Assembly (NCBI RefSeq): GCF_006345805.1
Contig: NW_021824905.1
Span: forward strand, 1-18,050
Reading direction: 5' to 3'
DNA: 18,050 nt
Origin: Octopus sinensis
Taxonomy: Eukaryota
Part shown: positions 10,366-18,050 of the stretch, piece after piece
Numbering within the stretch: the stretch's first letter is position 1
Layout: the number at the start of each line of letters is the position of its first letter
Position numbers and translations under genes: made by a program
Notes under the pieces: generated by a model
What the model was told of the DNA's origin: nothing
What the model saw: the letters and a program-made list of their open reading frames with translations, nothing else
The model's database searches: none

Positions 10366-10367
<2 letters not shown>

Positions 10368-10398
<31 letters not shown>

Positions 10399-10411
10399 CT
10401 ATATGTGTGTG

Positions 10412-10501
<90 letters not shown>

Positions 10502-10509
10502 TATATATA

Positions 10510-10550
<41 letters not shown>
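10368..10550. repeat. (TA)n/(GT)n microsatellite
   Basis: Direct reading. Confidence 0.95.
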
Positions 10551-10551
<1 letters not shown>

Positions 10552-10900
10552 CATATACATGGTTATGATTTCTGTGAGGCTATCGAATGCGCATGTCAAT
10601 TTTTAGACACTATTTTGATACACGCACACACATGCATATTAATGCACACGAACACTGAATTTTATACAACTCTATAAACCGTACACACGAAATTACACAT
10701 ACATATACACACACACACACACACACAAATAAGCAGTAATTCAATTGCCTACACGAAAATACAATCACACACATGAGAATACACAAGAGATAGAACCTGA
10801 CATACACATTACACTTTCTCACAGACGCACACATACATTCATACACACGCATACACGCATAGGAAACGGATCTTCGTCGGGCTCGGCGATGATTATACCA

Positions 10901-11130
10901 ATTTCTTTACTACTCACAAGGGGCTAAACGCAGAGAGGACAAACAAGGACAGACAAACGGATTAAGTCGATTATATCGACCCCAGTGCGTAACTGGTACT
11001 TAATTTATCGACCCCGGAAGGATGAAAGGCAAAGTCGACCTCGGCGGAATTTGAACTCAGAACGTAACGGCTGACGGAATACGGCTACGCATTTCGCCCG
11101 GCGTGTTAACGTTTCTGCCAGCTCGCTCGC
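10901..11130 (-). mobile_element. Young full-length tRNA-derived SINE (GTAGTAAAGAAAT tail subfamily) with a perfect 17-bp TSD
   Basis: CGGCGATGATTATACCA at 10884-10900 and 11131-11147; intact head and B box; high identity to 11660-12058. Confidence 0.95.
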
Positions 11131-11193
11131 CGGCGATGATTATACCAGTTGCTTGACCATGTGAACTATATTCTTATTAAATAAAATTGTGAG

Positions 11194-11414
11194 AAGGGAG
11201 TGAGGTGGCAGAATCGTTAGCGGATAAGACAAAATGCTTAGTGCCATTGCTTCCGGCTGTTTACTTTCTGAGTTCAAATGATGCCGAAGTTGACTTTGCC
11301 TTTCATCTTATCGGGATCGATGAACTAAAAACCAATCAAGTACTGGAGTTGATGAAATCGATTAGCATCCGCTCCCAAAATTTCGGACCTTGTGCCTATA
11401 GAAGTAAGGATTAT
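11194..11414 (+). mobile_element. Older full-length SINE, same head, CCTTGTGCCTATAG tail variant
   Basis: GGTGGCAGAATCGTTAG...GAGTTCAAAT...GACTTTGCCTTTCATC...GATCGATGAA...CCCAAAATTTCGGACCTTGTGCC. Confidence 0.88.
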
Positions 11415-11429
11415 CACATTGGCAAGCTG

Positions 11430-11596
11430 ACTTGATCAAATAGACACCAGCTGATAAAATGACTACCAGGGTTGAGGTAATCACCTTCCTTCCTTAAAGT
11501 TTTGTGGCCCTGTGCCAAAATTTGTAAAAATTACTATTATTGCCAAAATTTGTAAGAATTATTATTATTGCCTAAATTTGTAAGAATCATCATCAT
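11430..11596 (+). mobile_element. Decayed SINE 3' fragment ending in three tandem 28-bp tail units
   Basis: GGCCCTGTGCCAAAATTTG tail; units at 11513-11540, 11541-11568 and 11569-11596. Confidence 0.75.
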
Positions 11597-11597
11597 C

Positions 11598-12108
11598 AAG
11601 TTAGCGAACTGGCACAATCGTTAGTTTCGAACAAAATGCATAGCGGTATTTCTTCCGGCGGCGAGCTGGCAAAAACGTTAGCACGCCGGGCGAAATGCGT
11701 AGCCGTATTTCGTCTGCTGTTCAAATTCCGCCGAGGTCGACTTTGCCTTTCGTCCTTTCGGGGTCGATGAATTAAGTACCTGTTACGCACTGGGGTCGAT
11801 ATAATCGACTTAATCTGTTTGTCTGTCCTTGTTTGTCCTCTCTGTGTTTATCCCCTTGTGGGTAGTAAAGAAATAGGTATTTCGTTTGTCATTACGTTGT
11901 GAGTTCAAATTCCGCCGAGGTCGACTTTGCCTTTCATCCTTTCGGGGTTGATTAAATTATACCAGTTACGCACTGGGGTCGATATAATCGACTTAATCTG
12001 TTTGTCTGTCCTTGTTTGTCCTCTGTGTGTTCAGCCCCTTGTGGGTAGTAAAGAAATAGGTATTTCTTCCGGCTCTTTACATTTTGAGCTCTCATGCCAC
12101 CGAGATCT
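11598..12108 (+). mobile_element. Old host SINE head split by a nested insertion (11598-11659 plus 12074-12108)
   Basis: GCGAACTGGCACAATCGTTAG...GCGGTATTTCTTCCGGC resumes after the insert as TCTTTACATTTTGAGCTC...CCACCGAGATC, colinear with the family head. Confidence 0.8.
11660..12058 (+). mobile_element. Young SINE inserted into the host with a 15-bp TSD, itself carrying a nested 5'-truncated copy (11718-11876)
   Basis: TSD GGTATTTCTTCCGGC at 11645-11659 and 12059-12073; inner TSD GTATTTCGTCTGC / GTATTTCGTTTGT at 11705-11717 and 11877-11889 (11/13). Confidence 0.9.
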
Positions 12109-12140
12109 TCTCGCTACTACTTGATAACCAGTATTGATTT

Positions 12141-12337
12141 ATACAGTTCTATATTTAAGAGATGAGGAATTATGTACATTATTTACATTCGACTTTGTCC
12201 TCTTCTTGTTTGTTGTTAACACAACGTTTAACAACACCTGAAGAAGGCTGGTGGGTATATCAGCCGAAACGTTGGGTTAACAACAAACAAGATGAGGACA
12301 AATATCTGTGGAATGTAAGTAATGTAAATAATGTATT
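12141..12337 (+). mobile_element. Fold-back (inverted) Penelope-like terminal-repeat element with a 10-bp TSD
   Basis: Inverted arms 12194-12229 / 12267-12302 (34/36) and 12175-12189 / 12321-12335 (15/15); GTATTGATTT at 12131-12140 and 12338-12347; contains a hammerhead motif. Confidence 0.75.
12233..12278 (+). ncRNA. Minimal type I hammerhead ribozyme motif
   Basis: Stem I AACAC (12233-37) / GGGTT (12274-78), 4/5 pairs; core CTGAAGA 12238-44; stem II GGCTG / CAGCC (12246-50 / 12261-65); GAAA 12266-69; palindromic ACGT stem III; GUU site, predicted cut after 12273. Confidence 0.78.
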
Positions 12338-13085
12338 GTATTGATTTGTTCACGTCGTTGCAATGTAGCGGTTCGGCAAATGTAAGCGATATAATAAGTG
12401 GCTGACTAAAAAAAAAAAAACAAACAAAAAACAACAATATAAGTGCTGAGGTCGATTCTTCGACTAAAGCCCTTCAAGGCGTTGCTCGAGCAAGCATGGC
12501 TGTTATTCAGTGATTGAAACCAGCAAATGAGATAAAAGATAAATAAACAAAAATGACCGGAAATGTGGCCATCGTTATGGTATTTCAAAGGAAGGAAAAC
12601 AGCACATGAAATAGTTGGTAGAAAGCAAAGCTGTGTTAACAAACGAGCTGCTGTTCGAAATCTCACCTTAACACATCTTCAATAATTGTCAGATGAACAA
12701 AAAGGAAAAAAAAAAGAGAAAGAACTAGAGAGAAAATAATTCAATATCAAGGGAGTTTTATTAACATTGACTTAAATGAAAGAGCAGACGACACTTTGAA
12801 GTTTAAACTCGCCATCTTTCTTACATTGTGAGCGAAATTATTAAGAAAATATTGTTAATTGTAGAAATTAGCAGGAAAAAATTAAATAAAAGAGATAAAC
12901 GATGAGAACGATGGAATAGAAGAGGAGTGAAAGGATTAAAAAAAATATAAAGGAAGACAAACAATAAACATATAATAAACATATAATAATTGTTCATTAT
13001 TTGTTAGAATATCTGCGAAATATGATTCCTTTGAAGTGAACATTGTGAAACGAAGTGGATTTGTCCTAATTGGTTGGCGTGATGG

Positions 13086-13470
13086 GGAGAGAGAGGGGGG
13101 AGAAAGGATGAGAGAAAGAGATAGAGAGATAGACAGAGAGAAATCACAAAGATGGGGGAAGAGTTAGAGAGAATGTAAGAAAAATATAGAGAGGGTAAGA
13201 GAGAGAGAGGAAGAGCCTGAAGAGGAAAGGAAATCGAAAGATACAAAGGGGAAATCAAATCAACGAAAAAGGCGGAAGAGGAAGGGAAAAATACAGAGAG
13301 AAATAAAGAGAAAAGAGAGGAAGAAAGTGAAAGAGAGAGAACACTAAACGTTATAGAGGACATAAAAGAATGGAGAGAGAAAGGGAGAGAGAGGGGGGAG
13401 AGGGAGAGGGAGAGAGCTGGGGAGAGACAGAGAAGTAGAGAGAATGAGATTGGCGGAGAAGTGATAGCGA
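13086..13470 (+). repeat. Polypurine GA-rich low-complexity tract
   Basis: Strong A/G bias. Confidence 0.9.
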
Positions 13471-13561
13471 GTGGAAGAAAAGATGTGTATGCGTTCAGGT
13501 AAGGATTGGTCGTAATTGGATGACAACATATTTAGTTTTATTTCGACGTAATGAAGCACAC

Positions 13562-13665
<104 letters not shown>

Positions 13666-13677
13666 ACTAACTACATT

Positions 13678-13759
13678 TGTGTGTGTGTGTGTTTGTGTGC
13701 ATGTATATATGTATATAGACCAGCCTGTCTCTGTGTCAGTCTCTCTCTTTATACACACA

Positions 13760-13790
<31 letters not shown>

Positions 13791-13890
13791 TCAGTCTGTC
13801 AGTCTGTGTGTTTGTGTGTGTGTCTGTCTGTCTGTCTACTTCTCTTTCTCTCTTTATATATGTGTGTGTGTGTGTGTGTATGTATGTGTG
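13678..13890. repeat. Mixed (GT)n/(CA)n/(TC)n microsatellite
   Basis: Direct reading. Confidence 0.9.
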
Positions 13891-14114
13891 CTTATATGGG
13901 TAGAGGACGTCACCAACAGTAAACAACATGAAATGCGAAAACAAATGAGTTCAATACGCAAACAACGAGAGAAACAAATGGAAAACAGGACAAGTAACAC
14001 ACAGAACGACCCTTCATCAGTTGTCGGCTGTCTATCTACTCCTCATTTCGAGCATTTAACGGCAATATGAGTATTCGAAGGCAATTGCTCCCATAAGTAC
14101 CAAAATAAAATCTT

Positions 14115-15120
14115 TGGATTTATGGAGGGTCAAAGTTGGGAACAAAAACACGACAGTGGAGACATACAAGGAAATCGAACAAAAAAAAAATGGTTGACAA
14201 ACAAGGAAACCAAACGAAAATAAAAAATGGTTGACGTCTTTTCCGAATCTGATTGTGAAAAAAAAAAAGAAAAATGAAATCAAAAACAATATACAAAGTA
14301 AAAATTGAAAGCAAACCTGCCTATAGGAGACAGCTACCAAGGCTCAATCAAGAAGTCCCGCAAATCCAGTTGACCAATAATACAAGGTAAAATTCCCTCC
14401 CCCAGCTGTATCCTCTGGCGTACAGACACATGCTGACAGTAGACTCATTCTTGTGAACCATTCACGTCACTCTCTCAAATCTTTCAGCAAATTCATCAAA
14501 GGTTAGCATCTCCTGCTCTCTCTGTACCCTTTTATCCAAGTGGAATATAGAAGTTGATGGGATCTTGGGTGAAGGGAAAAGTGTCTGCTCTGAGAAATTT
14601 GTATCGCCTTGTACCATAGCCAGAAATAAACAGAGAAAATCCGTCTGCGAGCTGAAAGTCCACTGGAATTGACTGTTCTGTTGATCTTCGTAGGCATCTA
14701 GAATGTAAATGAGAACATCGTCCCTCTTGTTCAATACAAATTCTCAGTATGTTATGAATAAGAAGGCTGACATACTATCGACCGAACTGCTCGACAAGCA
14801 GAGCTTGAGCGTCAATCTATGGTCTGAACTTTCGTTTACAAATCCTAAAGATATACCTTAAATATTTCCCTCATTATATCCCCGTCTCCATTAGCTTCAA
14901 ACACTTTTAGAAGATCAGAAAAGATTTCCACTCTTCTCTCCTTCAAATCCAATTATAGTCGCCGAGGTTAGCCTCATCACGCACATTTTCGAATACCCAA
15001 AATCATTCACCGTTTTTCTAATGCATTGTGATCACAGTCCGGTTTTGTAGCAAGCACGGCACAAACTAATTCGTTCACTCACTGACCATTCCTGCCACTA
15101 ATCACAGTTGATAATCTCCC
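14115..15120 (-). mobile_element. 5'-truncated, internally deleted non-LTR retrotransposon (probable L1/Tx1-type ORF2 C-terminus plus 3' UTR)
   Basis: ORF 14462-14734: RDDVL...DAYEDQ...FQWTFS / FLCLFLAMV / TNFSEQTL / FHLDKRVQREQEMLTFDEFAERF resembles, from recollection, the C-terminal end of cephalopod L1/Tx1-like ORF2. A T-rich 3' UTR follows. Boundaries are approximate. Confidence 0.55.
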
Positions 15121-15122
15121 AC

Positions 15123-15304
15123 CGTGTCTTCAATATTAGTTTTCCTTTGTTTAAACTTCTTCATCCATTACTTGCGCACATTAATCTTGTCAATGGTGCT
15201 ATTTCCGCAAACAAACTGTAACCTTCTACGTATGTTGGACAACCTGCGTTCCCTCCTTTGTCAAGAATTTAATGACGGTACGTTGCTTCTCTTTGGAATG
15301 TCCG
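15123..15304 (-). pseudogene. Mariner transposase N-terminal helix-turn-helix remnant
   Basis: SKEKQRTVIKFLTKEGTQVV, then a 1-nt frameshift near 15234, then IRRRLQFVCGNSTIDKINVRK*WMKKFKQRKTNIEDT. Matches the mariner pattern EQRAVIKFL..EG...IHRRL..VYG......VR.W.K.FK.G...IED. Confidence 0.82.
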
Positions 15305-15334
15305 CAATGAATAAGAACAGGCAGAGGAAGATTT

Positions 15335-15540
15335 GTCTGTTTGTCTGTATGTGTGTGGAAGAGTTGTCTGTCTGTATGTGTGTATGTGTGAGTGTGTGTG
15401 AGTGCGTGCGTATATGTGTGTGTATGTATGTGTGCGTGCATATGTATAGAGGCATATCTGTGTGCGAGTGTGTGTATATGTGTGAGTGCGTATGTATGTG
15501 TGTGTATATGTGTGTGTCTTTGTATGTGTGTGTGTGTTTG
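15335..15540. repeat. GT-rich microsatellite
   Basis: Direct reading. Confidence 0.9.
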
Positions 15541-15542
15541 TG

Positions 15543-15833
15543 AAGGTGCGTAGTATAGTGGTTAGGGTGTTGCACTCACGATCACTAGATCGTGTGTTCG
15601 ATTCCGGACCGAGCGGCAGTTTGTGTTCTAAGGTAATGCATTTCATTTCATGTTGCTCAGTCCACTCAGCTGTAAATAGGTAACCATACAACGGACTAGC
15701 CTCCCGATTATGCTGTGGGGGGATGTTGGTCTTCTGGCCTGGAGAGCGGGTGGCATCATTATAAGGCTAAAACGCATTGTGATCAGCGATGTATAACAAC
15801 ATATAGTCGAGTCAATCACACGAGCACGAGATA
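15543..15833 (+). mobile_element. tRNA-headed CORE-type SINE with a V/Meta-like motif and a distinct tail
   Basis: A box 15551-15561; B box GTTCGATTCC 15596-15605; CORE-like 15621-15680 (CAGTCCACTCAGCTGTAAAT); ACGGACTAGCCTCCC about 15691-15705. The 3' boundary is less certain. Confidence 0.8.
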
Positions 15834-15837
15834 TATT

Positions 15838-15928
15838 ATGTATGTATGTATGTATGTATGTATGTATGTATGTTTGTATGTATATATTTCTCTCTCGTTA
15901 TCATCTCTGTCTGACTCTCTCTCTTTCT

Positions 15929-16012
<84 letters not shown>

Positions 16013-16050
16013 TATCCATCTATCTATCCATCTATCTATCCATCTATCTA

Positions 16051-16140
<90 letters not shown>

Positions 16141-16141
16141 A

Positions 16142-16188
<47 letters not shown>

Positions 16189-16202
16189 AATCTATCTATC
16201 TA

Positions 16203-16273
<71 letters not shown>

Positions 16274-16275
16274 CT
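15838..16275 (+). repeat. (TATG)n then long (TATC)n microsatellite
   Basis: Direct reading; TATC from about 15932 to 16272. Confidence 0.96.
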
Positions 16276-16385
16276 AAGCATACATGCATACATACTACAC
16301 ACATATATCTGTCCATACGCAAATACACTCACATATATGAGAATAAAATAGTTATGAATGTTTGAACATTAAGAAAAATAAACAT

Positions 16386-16446
16386 TTAACGGCGGTGCAT
16401 CAGCATGGCCGCAGCTCTGAGCTGAAACTTTAAAGAGAAAAAAAAA
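16386..16446 (+). mobile_element. Severely 5'-truncated retroposon tail with an A-rich end
   Basis: GGCGGTGCATCAGCATGGCCGCAG...GCTGAAAC matches the tails at 7722-7790 (rc) and 12478-12525. Confidence 0.75.
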
Positions 16447-17340
16447 TCAAATATTCGAACACGAACGTGAAGCGTTCTTCTGCCTCCGTCACCGAAACAT
16501 TCACCACACGAACTGACATTGTGCTTTGAGGAGTTGTTCGCTCGTTTTCACTTGGCATTTACTGTTTTTGCCTTTACAATAATATTACACTCTACAGAGA
16601 GATAAACGTTAATAATACCATTAAGTTTTGTCAACAAGTTCTTATTTTATAAGGATTCAGCTCAATATTTTCAACAACAATTCTAAAAATATGAAATACG
16701 TTCTCGCTCTAATGTAATTACGACAACAATGTAAATATCAACGAAATGATATTCAGTAAAGTATGGCCGCGGAAAATGGAGAATAATAAAATAATAACTG
16801 TAATATTTTCGTTAATTCACGATTATAAGTTTATATATGAATAACACAATTTGAAAGATGAACAGTACACAAGGATTATTGATCAAAAAATTAACATGAT
16901 AAGTATAATTTTCATTGGAAAATGACGTCATAATACTTTTATTTAATTTGTTTTCTTTTGTGACCAGTTAACAACTCCCCGTGAGGGTGGCGTTTCTACT
17001 TGTCCCTAAATAATATTTACACATTTGATTCCCAGCTTATTCAATTTTTCTGATGTTGCATCAAATTTCTCTTTGTATATATCATTCATCTGAATAAATA
17101 AATTTAGAGTAATAGCAAGCATTCAAAGACAGTGTTAGAATTTATGAAGAAATCAAATATCACATTGACCTGATTCAGCCACATAAAATTAATGAATTTA
17201 TCGTAAATATACAGATCAGAAGATTTCGTAACTTGCATGAGAGTGAACTGAAATGCGCACCTAGTGAATCATATTGAAAAACTTATATATATAATTTAAT
17301 GTACACGGTATAAAGAAACCACCTCTTAATAGTTTCTTAC

Positions 17341-17394
17341 TTGGTGACAGGTTTTTATAGAATGCTTTGTGTTTTCAAGCAATCATCAGGCCCA
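17341..17394 (-). ncRNA. Decayed hammerhead ribozyme motif (probable PLE terminal remnant)
   Basis: rc: TGGGC CTGATGA T TGCTT gaaaacaca AAGCA [ttctata] AAAA C CT GTC ACCAA. Core and stem II are intact; GAAA is mutated and displaced by 7 nt; stem I is weak. Confidence 0.5.
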
Positions 17395-17507
17395 TGCTAG
17401 AAACTATGAGTGCTTCGTATGTTTATACTATGTACATTAAATGATATTCATCGCTCATTGCATGGAGTACTTTTTTCTGTTGATTTACCTGATCAGAAAA
17501 GTAAACT

Positions 17508-17556
17508 ATACATACATACATACATACATACATACATACATACATACATACATACA

Positions 17557-17603
<47 letters not shown>

Positions 17604-17626
17604 GTGTATGTATATATATATATATA
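17508..17626 (+). repeat. (TACA)n/(TA)n microsatellite
   Basis: Direct reading. Confidence 0.95.
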
Positions 17627-17721
17627 AAATTTAGAATCAGATGAATATGGTACTTAAGTTCAAGGCACAAGAATTTAGTGTGGTACTATCCATATAATTT
17701 AAAATAAGGTGATTATAATAA

Positions 17722-17757
17722 AAAATAATCAACAAGGATATCCTTGTTGCTTATTTT
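17722..17757. repeat. 36-bp near-perfect palindrome
   Basis: Perfect 20-bp core CAACAAGGATATCCTTGTTG (17730-17749), extended to 36 bp with one mismatched pair. Confidence 0.9.
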
Positions 17758-17765
17758 GATGTATA

Positions 17766-18050
17766 TATATTGGGTGCGTAAGGTATTTGAGGCGATATGT
17801 TAATTTTACTATACTAGCATATTTATCAACTTAATATTTTCTATGTTTCAGAGTTATCAATGACAGACCCTATGATTACACAGAAAATGAAGAGGTACGC
17901 AGTCATCGTGATTATAAAGGCCGAACATAGCAATTTAGAAATAGCACAATTTTTAAATGTCGCTTGATCCTTCGTCTACAAAATTCGCAGGGAGTTAGAG
18001 GCTAAAGACAGTAATGTATTGCCAATATCCAAACGTAAGAAGCATTGTAA
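17766..18050 (+). mobile_element. 5' end of a Tc1/mariner-superfamily DNA transposon with a disrupted transposase ORF (ATG at 17860), cut by the window edge
   Basis: MTDPMITQKMKRYAVIVIIKAEHSNLEIAQFLNVA*SFVYKIRRELEAKDSNVLPISKRKKHC has an HTH pattern (S.LEIA.FL.V.RS.V.K.R) plus an NLS-like KRKK. TGA at 17965-17967. The element begins in a TA run (TATTGGGTGCG...). The exact TIR start is uncertain. Confidence 0.78.

Larger units (their letters stand above)
12109..12548 (+). mobile_element. 3' half of a SINE (CAGCATGG...GAAAC tail family), interrupted by the hammerhead element and by an internal A-rich expansion (about 12408-12440)
   Basis: 12348-12548 aligns to the rc of 7722-7873. Continuity of 12109-12140 across the insert rests on the TSD and on recollection of the family. 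Confidence 0.72.

Noticed and set aside
8245-10599. Identical 13-mer ATGCGCATGTCAA at 8245 and 10587
   Set aside because: One or more 13-mer matches are expected by chance in 18 kb, and the flanks do not align.
11513-11596. 28-bp direct repeats as a CRISPR-like array
   Set aside because: No spacers, eukaryotic context, and the unit is a SINE tail.
13490-13510. Strong splice-donor-like CAGGTAAG
   Set aside because: No plausible upstream acceptor or coding exon; upstream DNA is polypurine low-complexity.
13995-14030. Minus-strand CTGATGA (also CTGAAGA near 5339 and 7019) as further hammerheads
   Set aside because: No stem II followed by GAAA.

Overview
Repeat-dense, non-coding eukaryotic DNA (intron or intergenic). 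It is most likely from an octopod cephalopod (Octopus-like). That assignment is inferred from SINE heads and tails resembling the octopus tRNA-derived SINE families as I recall them, and from the extreme load of (TATC)n/(TACA)n/(TA)n/(CAC)n/(GA)n microsatellites. I cannot support any host protein-coding exon: nearly all ORF-track entries are translated microsatellites. Real coding remnants are transposon-derived: a Penelope-like GIY-YIG endonuclease fragment (6941-7129, split by a SINE with a target-site duplication), a probable L1/Tx1-type LINE 3' fragment (about 14115-15120, minus), a mariner HTH N-terminus (15123-15304, minus) and the start of a Tc1/mariner-type element running off the window end (about 17766-18050). 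Two observations stand out, both in the 10.9-12.55 kb SINE cluster. First, a 197-bp fold-back insertion (12141-12337) with a 10-bp TSD carries a nearly intact minimal type I hammerhead ribozyme of the kind known from Penelope-like element termini; a second, decayed hammerhead of different sequence lies at 17341-17394. Second, one young SINE subfamily appears to have inserted twice into the same GTATTTC motif of its own family's head (Russian-doll nesting), and an independent copy also has GGTAT at its 3' junction, suggesting target-site preference. Family names come from recollection, not database searches, and need Dfam/RepBase/HMMER confirmation.
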